Assembly (NCBI RefSeq): GCF_009914755.1
Contig: NC_060942.1
Length of the DNA stretch: 64,000 nt
Reading direction: 5' to 3' (one strand)
Origin: the human T2T-CHM13v2.0 reference genome, Homo sapiens
The notes below the pieces were generated by a model. The model saw nothing but the letters and a program-made list of their open reading frames with translations, ran no database searches and was not told where the DNA came from. Positions 49,106-61,514 of this stretch are shown piece after piece. Numbering within the stretch: position 1 is the first letter of the stretch; the number at the start of each line of letters is the position of its first letter. The position numbers and the translations under genes are program-made.

Positions 49106-49539
49106 GATTCCCTATTCCTTTCAGAATAAAAAGATAGAAATGTTTCCATCATGCTAAGATGATGGAACCCCTAAAAAGTAGATAAAATCATTGCTGCAGA
49201 GTGAACTATATGATCTGCCCAGATTACTGTGGTTCTATTTTCACCTTTCCCTTACATTGCCTCGTGCCTTATAATACTTGTCATCCATTAATTCCCAGCT
49301 GCTCGTGTGCCCTTTGTTATGGCATCCTACTTCCACCTTTTTAGATTTATATTTCCAATTTATCTACTATTACCACTACCATCAATATTTTTCTGCTCTG
49401 TGACTTAAAGCTTAAAGCAGGCTTCTGCTTTTCAAGATGACAACTTGTATGGCATTCTTTCTCTTGTGCTCCATGAAACAATGACAAATTTCTTTAATCA
49501 CCTTCTTCACTCTTCTCTTTCTGTAAATATCTACTAAAT

Positions 49540-49790
49540 GAATGTTTGCTTGGCTTTCAATTCACAGGCCTCTTCTCATGCCATAGTTTTCCTGGATGAC
49601 CATTTCATTCTTGTAATTTCCGTCCACCTCTGTTCTTACGGCCTTTGGTCTTATAGATGTAGTTCCCTCTTGTGCTCAAACACACATTGCCAGCTTCCTG
49701 CTAAGCACCTTTTTAGGTCTCCCTCAGATCCTTCTAATTCAACGTGTACAACATGGAATCAAGTGTCTTTATTTACAACTCCTTCCTTCC
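49540..49790 (+). mobile_element. L2 LINE fragment
   Basis: 'ttgccagcttcctgctaagcacc...tctccctcagatccttctaattcaacgtgtacaac'. Confidence 0.45.
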
Positions 49791-51279
49791 CTTTTCTTCT
49801 CTGTCATTATTCCTTCCTTTTTCCTCTTTCACTATTTACTATTCCTTCTCTTTCTTTTCCATTTAACCCCGCAAATGTTGAATGCCAGGAGATATAACAA
49901 TAACCTAAACAAAATTTATGCCTCATGGGCATAACAGTCAGATAGAATGAAATAATTCTCAACAGACCAATATGTTAGTCTGATAAAGAATGAAATTGAC
50001 ATAATATAAATGTCAAAAGATAAGCTTCTATAATACCAACTTGATGATGCTCTCTATTCACTTGCAGCAGCTTGCAATTCTGACAACACTTTGTTTGGAT
50101 GCCTTTCCAGAAGAACACTTGTGTGCCTCCCCTCCCCTCTCCCCTACCTCCACACCTGTAGGTACTGGGCAAAGGTGTAAATGGAAAATTTGATTAGAGG
50201 CTCTCCTTCCATGGTCTGCCAAATTATGAAGGACTTCTAGTTGGTTCAAAAGCCTCCTAGATTAAAAAAAAATCAATCAAAACTACGAAGTTAGAGTCAG
50301 CAGAAAAATCCATCCATTGTGAACCTTTTCCCCTAAAGCTCCACATTAGTATTAATTAAATCAGCAAGCCTTGGTTGTTCATGTGCCGCTTTGCGACCCT
50401 TCCCAGGTGAGGCTTTTGCAGAGCAAAGCTAGAAAGAACTGTACTACCACATTTTTTAAAAAAAATCAGCAGTTGACACAAATTTTGCAATACTAAAACT
50501 TTGAAAGCATGCTATGAATTCTACCAAACCATTGGCCTGTAAACTTTGTTTAAAGATACAGTGCAAATAACTCTACACCTCTAAGCATAGAGCAGGCCAA
50601 TTTTATCCCCATTTGTCAAGGGATTCTTGTTAATTAGAATCTGTGGGCTGTGTTGAGCTGAAAATGATTTAACAACAAAGACCTTTTGGAACAAGCTGGT
50701 TGCCTGAGAACTAGAGATCAAGGCTTTTTTCCTCTTTCTTTTCTCATCTTTTGCCAGGATGCTGAAACCAAACATTAAATGAAAACACATTCACTATTCT
50801 TTAAATGTGCTTTAAATGAACTACTTTAGATTAGATTTGCAATAAATGCACTTCTAAAGATTTCAATGTTTATGTCCCCTTAAAGCAAGTGGGATTGTCA
50901 CTGATAGATAAAATTTGTTATCAGTTTGATACTGTGAGAAAGCTGATGTAATATTATAAGTCCTGAGGCATTTCATTGACTACTGCTAGAGTCTTACTCA
51001 TTGGCTATTTTGGGATTAGTTTCAGGAAAGGCAAAGATTAAAGAAATTTAGTGTTTGTTTTAACTTTAGTTCTCTGATAAGGTAAGATTTTCTGAGCATG
51101 AAGGCTTATAAAACGTCTTAATGCTGTCTGTCCAAATGTGAGATGTAATGAAAATGCTCAGCTGAGAATTCTGTGGTTTGTCAGTCGTCTTCAATATAGT
51201 TTCCTCTCTTCAGGCATAATAGCCATTCTGAAGCTGTTGTATATTCTTCCCTTCCCTTCTCCATCTATGTCTGCATCCT

Positions 51280-53500
51280 TAAACAATTTACAGTGCTCTA
51301 TGTGTTTTGAAGTCATAGAAATATCAAAATGAATATACTTTTCTTCAACATTGTTATTCAAATTTACTCATATTGACATTCAGATTTAGTGTGTTATTCA
51401 TTCTCCCTCTCAAATTTGGTTTCCAATTTACAAATATTTATCACTTATTTATCCATTTTCACATTTGTGGGGAATTAGACTGTTTTCAATCCCATGTAAG
51501 CATTGTTATCATTAACAACTTTGTATGTGTCTTCTTGTATGCCTGAGTAGTGATTCCTGTATGGTATGTTCTCAGAAGTGGGACTGCCATGCACATTTCC
51601 GTGTTCACCTTTATTGCTATTTGGTGGCCTATGTTTTTCAGGCCTTGAGGTTCAGAAATATTATTTTCTTAGTTCTTGGTTTGTTTGGTTACACTAAATA
51701 TGTTTTTTCTTTGCTCTTTTGTTTGCTTTTAATAAAGATCTGTTTTGTTTTCATTACTATTTCTGTCTAAATTTTTATTTTGTTTTGTATTGTTGGGGGG
51801 AGGCCAGTATATGTCTGATATACTTTTCCATCCCTTTGCTTTCAATTTTTGTGTCATTATGTTTAAATGTGACATTTATATATAACCTAGTGGATTTTTT
51901 AAAATCCAGTCTGGGAATTTATGCCTTTTTAGTGGCCAATTTAACTCACTTAACTTTGTCATGATTACTAACGTATTTGGAATTTGGAGTTCCAAATTTA
52001 TTTGAAATTAATTCTTTCTTCTTATGCTCTATCTTCTGTATATGATGACCTTTCTTTGCTCGTCACATAAAAAATTGAATTTATCAATTTTTAAAATTTT
52101 TCCTTTTCTGCTAACTAGAAGGTTATACTGTCTATTTCTACCCCACAATTAGTATAATTCTTGAACCTACATAATTGAATTAAACCTAAAATATACCAAG
52201 CATTTCTCCCGCTGTTACAAAGAATACACAGACTTGAGAACATTTTAACTCTGATTATATTCCTCTGTGATATTTTTTTCAGAAACTTTAGATGCATGAA
52301 TTTAATGTCCTCAGTTAGTTGCAAATTTTACTGATCCATGGTTTTCATAATTGCCTCACCTTTGCTTTTAGTGCAATACCTTGACATTCTGGGTTTAATT
52401 TCCTTTTTTTCAGAAATTTATGGTTAGTTGTTAAATAAGTTTATATGAGTAGTAAGTGCATAGGCTCTTTTCTTTGGTCTGAAAATATACTTTGCCTTCG
52501 GTTTTTATGGTAATTTATATGGTATTATATTCTACTTTTACAATTGAAGCACACTGAAGATAGCATTCCATTGACCTCACTTGTTGCTTTAGGGGAAATT
52601 CCTCTCAATTCAGGCATTCTTCTTTTGAGGTAATTTTTATTTTGTTGCTCTTCATATTTTCTTCTTTTCTAAACTATTTATAATTTCACTGCAATAGGTG
52701 TAGGTCTTACTTGATATTTATTGATTCTATTGGAACTCACGGTTTTTTAATATTTAGGACTTTCAACATTTCTGGGAGATTCTCAGCAATTTTCTCATTA
52801 AATAATAATTATTTCTATTTATTTCTTTTTATTCTTCCTGGGCCACATATTTAACCCATGTGTTAACTTCTCATTCCAATTTCTATGTCTTAACTGATCT
52901 TTCATATTTTTCATCATCCTTTCTTTGTGCTGCATTATGGGTACTTTTTTCAGCTCTAGCTTTCATCCATTGAATGTTTAATTGAAAAGGTATTTTTTTC
53001 ACTTCTACAAGTTAATGTTTTATGATTCTTTTCTACGCTTGCTTTTTTTTTCTCCTTTTAACAAGATGTCTTTATGGTTTCTGATCTTTCGTCTCTTCAA
53101 TAACTTTAAATATACGTATTTTATAGTCTTTTTCAAAACTGCTGTTATACTGTAGCCTACAGGTTATTATGCTTGTTGCTTCTCACTCATTTAGATACAC
53201 TCATTGTGTGCTTTTAAGGTTTTTTTACATTTTGGCCTAATTTTTAGTTATTTTTTTTTAATTATAGAGTAAATTTGCTTTGAGTTTTTAACTTGCCTGT
53301 AAATAATCCAGGGCTTTCACTGACTTGAGAGCTGTTTAAAAAATAATCATCATTTTAGAATTTTAGTTTCCATGCCCTTGTATAAATTTGAACCCTATTT
53401 CGGTGCTGGTGTACATTTAGTGTTTTTTGTTTGTGTGTTTCATGTCTGTGCTTAAACAGTTTAACAAGTTTCCTGGACTCCTCAGATAAAGTTAAAAATT
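51280..53500 (-). mobile_element. Highly diverged L1ME/HAL1-like remnants
   Basis: T-rich sequence with reverse L1 motifs ('tccatccctttgctttcaatttttgtgtcattatgtttaaatg', 'aaatccagtctgggaatttatgccttttt', 'ttctgggagattctcagcaatt'); boundaries approximate. Confidence 0.55.
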
Positions 53501-53539
53501 TTCAGTTTTGCTTATGAGTTCTTTCCAGGTCTTACTCTA

Positions 53540-53950
53540 CTTATCCCTTCTTCCCACTGATATCTTCCTATTTTCATCTCCACATTCTCTATTCCAGCCG
53601 TGTTTGACTTTTTTTAGTTTTTTGATTTGCCAAGCTCCCTCTTGCTTCTGGGTTTTTAAACGACTGTTTCTACTTCATATACCATTCTTTTCCCCTTCTT
53701 TTCCTAAGGTAATTAGGAAATCTTAAGCATTATGTAATATTCTCTGGTATAGACATTCTAGAGTTTTCATGACCCATGTGCTTCCTAAAACTTACAACCT
53801 GCCATTGTAATAACCTATTTGTCTTCCTTGCTAAAAAGAATGTCTGTCATATTTACCACCTTGTACAAGGCAACATTTCTATATATAGTAAATATTCAAC
53901 AATATTTGTTGTATGAAACAAATAATTGCACATATTGCATAAATGAATGA
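53540..53950 (+). mobile_element. L2 LINE 3' region
   Basis: 'tattccagccgtg...gccaagctccctcttgcttctggg...ctgtttctac' followed by tail 'atagtaaatattcaacaatatttgttgtatgaa'. Confidence 0.55.
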
Positions 53951-54796
53951 ATAATGGCTTTAGTTTCCTTTTGATTTGGTTGGATACATCATACATACTC
54001 TTGAATCCAACTATGCTTGCAATTAACAAAAATCCCAATCTAATTTCATATATACAGTTGCTTACCTTATTCTGTATATAAAATATGTTGAAGAAATTTA
54101 TATGAATTTTTCTGTCTAGTTCCTATATATGAGGAAATATATTATCTACCGATTCCTGGACTTAATTTGTGTCTCAGCAATTTGACTAAAATGATTGGTT
54201 CTGATGGTCAGAATTTGATGCCATATGGATTCTCAATGATGCTCTAAACTTGTGCAAACCTTCCTTGTGCCTTGGCCCAACTTTGGACTGATCCTATGCC
54301 TAGATCCTGCCAATGAACTGAATTCTGAGCACAACAATGGAGAAGCTGGAACCATGTTAATATTTATTGTACCAAGTTTAATTTTTAATGATAATTTATG
54401 AATATGGGCAAGAGAAGTGGATTCTCTTACTGGGAAAAACTAAAATAAATTCTCCTCGAAGAGAATTAAAGCCATCCTAGGTAGAAGATGAAAGAAGGCA
54501 AATATTGCATACATGATCCTCAGCTGGTACTGGCATGCCACTGCAGGAAAAAATTCTGAAATAAAATAACAGAAGCCATCCTCATGCTGCTTTACCAGTG
54601 GGAGTCTGTGGATGAGCTGTCAAGAACACTTGGCCTGAGGTTCTAGGAGAAAAGAAAGCAAATGAAAATCAGTGTTTATCAGCTTACATTTTTTAAGGAT
54701 AGGTAATGAAACCCTTTATTTTTCACAATTACTCAACAATAGATAAAGATATAAAATGTGTGCTATAAATAGAAATATCTGTATAAGTATCTGTGT

Positions 54797-54797
54797 A

Positions 54798-54839
<42 letters not shown>
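54797..54839. repeat. (CA)n microsatellite; pure (AC)17 at 54805-54838
   Basis: Read directly. Confidence 0.95.
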
Positions 54840-54840
<1 letters not shown>

Positions 54841-55742
54841 TTGATCCAGGCTTCCAATAAAAATTTGGGAATTTTCCATAAGAGAGATAATGTTATATTT
54901 TTCAGAACACTGTCGTTTATGAAAGAAGCCATACCCCAGTGAATGTATTCCATATATGTACTTCGCCCAGTTACCTAAAAAAGAAGGAAAAGAAATAAAG
55001 CAAAACAAACCTGTGGCTGAATTTTGCTTTTAAAGAAAATTGGGAATACCAACAGAAGCAAGTTTATAAATTTTCTATTCCGTTACCTTGTTCAGAGTAA
55101 ATATGTTCTTGATTTTAGGATTTTAAATTCCACTCAGCTATAACCTTATGTTAATAAACAGGAGATATAAATTTGATTATAGCTTAGTGTTCTTTCATCT
55201 CCGTATGTTACTAGCCAGCTGTGTTTAAAGCATCACATTTTTGTAGTAGAAAAATATCCAATGTCTGAATTTCTTATACAATTGGGAGCAGTAGTATTAA
55301 GCAGAAAGCCAGACATTTGGATAAAGAAATATGCATAGTAAGAAAACTGATATACTTCTCTTCAAATGCCCCTAATACTCATGTCAAGATGGCAGGGATG
55401 ATTTGCTCTGTGGAAATCCTCTGATCACAAATCCAGGCTGATGCCTCATGGGAGGTGTGTTGATTTGTTTTTACATAGAATAATATGCATTTTATGGTCA
55501 GTTCTTCATTCATTCTGTAGGGAATGCCAGAATACATGGAAGTGCTTTTTGTATGGTATGAATCCATCTGTTTTCTAAACATCACCTCTGTGAAAACTGC
55601 TTTTAATTTAGTAAATAAGTGCAATTACATCATAAGCTTCAAAGTGAAAGGGGCAGTAATGTAATAGTAAATCAATATAGATTAATTTGAGCAATGGAAC
55701 TTGAGTAGCATTGCCAAATCAACCCTGAATTTAGATTCACTT

Positions 55743-55789
<47 letters not shown>
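55743..55789. repeat. Compound (TG)n(AG)n microsatellite
   Basis: Read directly. Confidence 0.95.
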
Positions 55790-56214
55790 TTACAAAGGCT
55801 GTTAAAGCAAATTGATGTTTTTATTTCTTTTCCTTCCCTTTTTTGCTAATTTCCACTGGAATTAACTTGGAGAAATACAAAATACCAAGGTTTGGCTGAG
55901 AATTGTTTGGAATATTTCTGGAATTAGCTAAGTTGATAATAGTGTTTGTCCTAGATACAAACGTTTTGCCTTAGAGAACACTCTCAATTTTATTACCAGT
56001 TCAGCAATTTCAAGGCCCTTATAAAGCTAACGCATAGTATGATTTTGGCTACAGTAGCATTTTTGAAAGTGATATCAGATGCCATTAGAAGAAGAACTGA
56101 CTATTTTTACAGGTAATGCCCCCCCAAAATATTTAAGCTCTGATACAAAATTCTTATAGTTGCCTGAGGAAGAAAAATGGTCTTTCTGAATGTCTTGAGT
56201 ATTCCATAATGCCT

Positions 56215-56460
56215 ATGAGCACCTGCTCTGGAGTTAGGTTGCCTGAGTTCCTCTTTTGGCTCAATACTTACTAGCTTTGCATCCTTGTGCCATTAGTCTG
56301 TTGTACTTCAATTACTTCCTTTGTGAAATGATGATATTAAAAGTGTCTATCTAAATGGTTATTGTAAAGATTTATACACACATGGACACACACTCACACA
56401 CAGAAGAATCCCTAAGCATAGTGCTTGGCAAAACAAACATTGACTTTTAAATAGTTATTG
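56215..56460 (+). mobile_element. MIR SINE
   Basis: 'gctctggagttaggttgcctgagttc...ggctcaatacttactagctttgcatccttg...ctttgtgaaatgatgatatt...ggttattgtaaagatt'. Confidence 0.75.
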
Positions 56461-59400
56461 TTACTTTTTGCTATTGTTTAATCAAGCTATTATGATGACA
56501 GGCTACTCTCAGAAATCAGCACTTCCTGCAATGTGCTTTTCTTAAACTTTATAATTATTTTGCAGTGATTAAAATACTTGAATATCATGAGTGTAAAATA
56601 ACAGCATAATATCTTTATTTTTACATGAATGCTACTTTTCAGATCTCTTCCATTTTTGAGCTACATGACATTTAATCTATCAGGATTATTTTGTTCATCA
56701 TTAAAACCTACCTTTATTTCTCTATCAAAGCATCAGGTTAAAATGTTGAGCTCGTTAGCACTGAAAATAGATTACTTCTTAACTATGACTTGGACACTAT
56801 TTTTGTTGTATAACTTCATAGAAAAGTCTGACATATGCTTTTCCTCATTGGACTTAAAGGTAACATTTGCAAAGTTAAAGGGTAAATAAAATTATCTCTG
56901 ATTCTTTATCAGGGAGCCTGAAGTTTCATATTGATTTCGCCACAAGTGAGTTTCACGGCCTGTGATAATAAATTGATCTGTGGGCTGTCCATGTGGCAAC
57001 ATCTTTGCACATACCCAGTTTAACTGACAATGATGCTGCTCTGGAGACCCCAAGAACTACAGTCTCTGACTTGGGGATTTTCACCCCCTGTCATCTCAAA
57101 TGTCATTTCAGAAACATTCATCATGAGTCTCTGTCACTGGACAAATAATGGTTCTCTGTGATAGTCACTAAAATACTCATAGTTTCGCTGCCTGGGTGAC
57201 AGGTCCTGCTATTGGCTCTTTGAGATTATGGAGAAGTTCAGACCCGTCAGATATCAAATGGGAAAGACATGAGCTGAAATGGCACCATGTATGTCCACTG
57301 AGGCTGCTGATTAAATGAAGGAATGATATCAGGACAAGAGAGCTCTCAGAGCTGTGAGACATTTTTAGAAATAGCAAACAAAACTTGGTCCCGTTTCTCC
57401 TCGCAGTTTGCAGCAGTTGGAAAAAGGCTTTCATGGGGCAGTTACTACAGGTTAGGCTCTTTAGAATCACCTGTGCATTGAGACAATCGTTCCCTGAAAC
57501 AATGGGCTTTTCTTCTTTGTTATACCTCTGGTCTTGAATGGAAGCAAAAGATTCAGGATTTCACATCATTGCAAATAATTGCCCTCTATTGAGCAACATG
57601 ACAATGCTTTCTCATTGCTTAAAATGTGGTGTTGCAAATGTTAAGTGGCTTATATTGTTTGAGCTGTGTAGCTTGAGCTGTTAGTATTAGGACCCTCTTG
57701 ACTCGGAGTTATAACCACGCTGGCTATTCAGGGATATATTTTAAGGCTTATCAAGCAAGCAATATTTGCCACATCTTCTGGCAATTGTTGAAGTAGGTGG
57801 GTTGCAGTAGAGGCTCCTGAAAATCAGGATATCTTTTAGGGCCCCATATGCCTATTTTCTCCCTCTTCCTTTGATGTAACAGAGCCATTTCCACTCCATT
57901 TCTGTCACAGAGCCCCCAGTCTACCTCATTACATTTATATTCACATGCTGTGAATCTCCTAATTAATATTTGGGATAAATGTATTGCATAGGGGAATAAG
58001 GTTATGAGATGAGAAATCAATGTGGTTTTTGTTAATGTCATACAATATTTTGTGTCATTCTTTCCTACCTTGTTCTTACAAAGTTAATGTAAGAACAATT
58101 TTCAGCTGTTGCTATCGGGCCCCTGCCTTGCCCACCTTCTCTTTAGTTAGGATGACTTTTACTTTGGAACTAGAATCTGTTCCATCAATATTAACTACCT
58201 TCCAATCTTTTTTGTACTTAACAAAATATCATGTCAGGTAATCTCAACATATGACCAGAGACCTATCCAAGAATTGGCTGGTAGAGGCAGAACTCTTCCT
58301 ACAATCTACGCTTTTTTTTAAAATTTGTTTTTAATTAACATACTTTCCTTCCTTCCTTCTTTCCTTTATACCAAAATTAAAGCACATTTTTGTAGGTCAT
58401 AAGTTAATTCAAAATTCTAATCCTTAAAAATAATTCTTAACTCCACCTCCAAAATGGAATCAAATTTCAAGTGCTGCTACTGAGTGGTTGACAAGAAAAC
58501 ATTACTGGAAAGATAGGCTCTTCTCTTCAATTAAATTGTCTAGAAACTAAAGTAACTTCCACATTCAGTGACCCTATTCCAGACTAAATACCTAGTGATT
58601 TGTCAATAAGGAAGGTAGTATTTGGCCTTGAGTCATCCTTCAATAAGTAAGAAAAGACAAACTTTTCTTACTTTGGTAGAAAATGATTTGATTACAGAAA
58701 GAACTCAGGCTTTCTCACTGCAATCTTGTAGATTGTCTGCCACTTAATTTATAAAGCACATTCAACTTTTATGAAGAAAGCTTTCTCTATGCACGTTAAA
58801 TGAGTTTGGTATTTGTGAAAACAAGTCTACCTGGATTCTACATCTTCAGCATTCCTTTGAGAATTTAAGAGGTTAGCCACGGCAGGATGTTTCAATCTAC
58901 TGATGCTTACAGTTGGTTCACTTAATAGTCCCTTTTCTTAAATTGTGTTCCCTTTAAAATGTCTTCAATATCCCACTTCACCAAGAGATACAATTATTCG
59001 TGCATCACAATACTGAAAGCTCCTCAAGGGCAGGCTTATTTTTTTAATTAGTATCATGTTCATATTAATAATATGCATATTAATACCTATTACTATTCAT
59101 ATCAATATTATTCAAGTTAATATCGAACACACTGTATTTTTCAACTTATATTTGTTGGGTTGAAATAGATTGAAACTGTCATCTATGTTACAAGAACAAC
59201 CTTTCATAATTAATTGCTCAAGTGGGAAAGAGATAATTTACCTTTCTCGAATGTTTTCTGTTTTTGTTGTTTGCATCAAATGAAGGCATATCTTACTAAT
59301 TTGGGTTATTTTCCTTTCTTTCTTCCCTCACTGCCCACATGTGTTATTAAAGTAAATCAACTTACAGCTAAAGTAGATACTATTAGTAGCACATTCAAAA

Positions 59401-60139
59401 CTCTGGGCAAGTTCAAGCTCATTCTATCCCCAAGGTAAAGGGAATCTGATTATATTCAAGTGTATGATTTCTATTCTAGGCATGAGCATTTATGCTACTG
59501 TACTAGGGGAAGCTGTTAGAGAGATAGGAGCATAAGTAAATGTCTTTTTAATCACTTCCACATGACCTCTGATCAAACTGTCTCTTTGTAGCTTGTGTTA
59601 CAGCCAGCGGGGGGAAATGATGTGTTGGAGAGTGATGGCCACTGCCCATGGAAGGCCAGAAATGAACAATGGCACAACTCAAGGAGAAAAGTACTGGGGA
59701 AAGCCCCTTAAGCTAGAATCCAAATGAGACAGGAGGAACTTTAAGGTCTCACGTGAGATCCAGCCCTTACATAATGACAAAAAAGCACTACCCCACAAAA
59801 CCACGTTTTCTTATGCTCTAGTCCTAGCAGCGGCCCATGAAGCTAAAAACTGAGGAATTTCTGGCCTTAGCCTTTTTACTGTGTCCAAGTTCTGACAGAT
59901 GTTTACTACTAGCTAATACTTACCTTACTACTTGCTTACTTTTTCTGGAAGTGAGTAGCAGCTCTCCTGAAATGGTGATCTCAGGACAGAGGTAAAATGA
60001 TAAAATACACAAGGAAGTATATCTAGTGTTATATCTGTGTTTTCCTTACATATTTCAAATTTATCTTTTGCTGTACTCCGTCTTTGTTAAGGTTCTCCTC
60101 TCAAACTTTGGTCCTTTTCTTTAAAAATTCTACTATACT

Positions 60140-60430
60140 GGCCGGGCGCAGTGGCTCATCTCTGTATTCCCAGCATTTTGGGAGGCCGAGGTGGGCAGAT
60201 CACGAGGTCAGGAGATCAAGGCCATCCTGACCAACATGGTGAAACCCCATCTCTACTAAAAATACAAAAATTAGCTGGGCACGGTGGCACATGCCTGTAA
60301 TCCCAGCTACTCGGGAGGCTGAGGCAGGAGAATCGCTTGAACCCGGGAGTCGTAGGTTGCAGTGGAGCCGAGATTGTGCCACTGCACTCCAGCCTAGTGA
60401 CAGAGAGATACTCCGTCTCAAAAAAAAAAG
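60140..60430 (+). mobile_element. AluS (Sc-like), full length
   Basis: 'gatcacgaggtcaggagatcaaggccatcctgaccaacatgg'; 17-bp TSD aaaaattctactatact (60123-60139) / aaaaattgtactatact (60431-60447); TT|AAAA site. Confidence 0.97.
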
Positions 60431-60607
60431 AAAAATTGTACTATACTGAGTTAACCTGAGGTGAGGAGATTATATTTCAAAGTTATTGCCACAAGGTATT
60501 CAGCACTTAGAGGCTGTTTTCAAATATTCTGGTGTCTTAAAATCAAGCACATAAAAATATACTTACTGATTTATTATGTAAACTCCATGTTAGAAATATA
60601 TACTTAT

Positions 60608-60847
60608 GGCCAGGTGTGGTGGCTCACACCTGTAATTCCAGCACTTTGGGAGGCCAAGTTGGGAGGATTGCTTGAGCTCAGGAGTTAGAGACCAGCCTGG
60701 ACAACATAGGGAGACCCCCATCTCTATCAAAAAACCAAAAAAATTATCTAAACATGGAGGCACACACCTGTGGTCCCATCTACTTGGTGGATGGGTCCCA
60801 GTTACCCCAGCCTCGGTGACAGAGCAAAACTTTTCTAGGAAAAAAAA
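60608..60847 (+). mobile_element. AluJ with internally deleted right arm
   Basis: Left arm 'ggaggattgcttgagctcaggagtt...caacatagggagacc'; right arm jumps from 'ggtcccatctacttgg' to 'ccagcctcggtgacagagc'. Confidence 0.9.
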
Positions 60848-60853
60848 GAGATC

Positions 60854-60854
<1 letters not shown>

Positions 60855-60918
<64 letters not shown>

Positions 60919-61040
60919 GATATATGTGTGTATATATATGTAAATATATGGATATATATGTGTATATATATGGATATATATACACACAATATATATCCAT
61001 ATATTCACACATGTATACATTATATATCAATAAATATATA
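60855..61040. repeat. (TA)n(TG)23 followed by a degenerate TA-rich repeat
   Basis: Pure TG run at 60865-60910. Confidence 0.95.
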
Positions 61041-61349
61041 ACATCAGTTGTGAAAATTTTCATTAATAGTTACTTTTAGTGCGTTACAAAATGTTTTTAA
61101 AAATCCAATATATCCATAATCCTATATATTTAAGCAGCTTATTCAGTCACTATAAATCTACAGCTGATTTTGGCAAAGATCTAACCTTTCCAAGGACTGG
61201 ATCTTACTTTTCTAAGCACTAGGGCCTCTACTATCTGTTGAGTGGCTCATTGCATCTTTGCTTCTTTCTTTTTGATTAAGGCAGGGAGTAATTGCCTAAT
61301 TAAAGTAGTGTTGGGAAGATGAAGTAAGCAGAGTGGAGTCAAATTAGCT

Positions 61350-61514
61350 AATGGTTCTCAATCTTGGCTATATAATGGGAATTATTATAGGAGATTTAAA
61401 AATAGATCCTACCTCCAGAGATTCTGATGTAGTTGATATGAGGTGTGGCCTGAGCCTTTGTATTTTAAAAGTTTCCTAGGTGACTTTCACATGCCGTTAA
61501 GGCTACCGACCACC
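61350..61514 (+). mobile_element. MER5B-like MITE
   Basis: 'tggttctcaatcttggct...ccagagattctgatgtagttg...tattttaaaagtttcctaggtgac'. Confidence 0.75.

Noticed and set aside
49144-49167. 9-bp inverted repeat ttccatcat/atgatggaa beside the large hairpin
   Set aside because: Short enough to be chance; no sequence relation to the 23-bp arms.
60200-61079. ORFs of up to 135 aa with CV/HT/IY repeats and Alu-like peptides
   Set aside because: Translations of Alu and (TG)/(TA) microsatellites.
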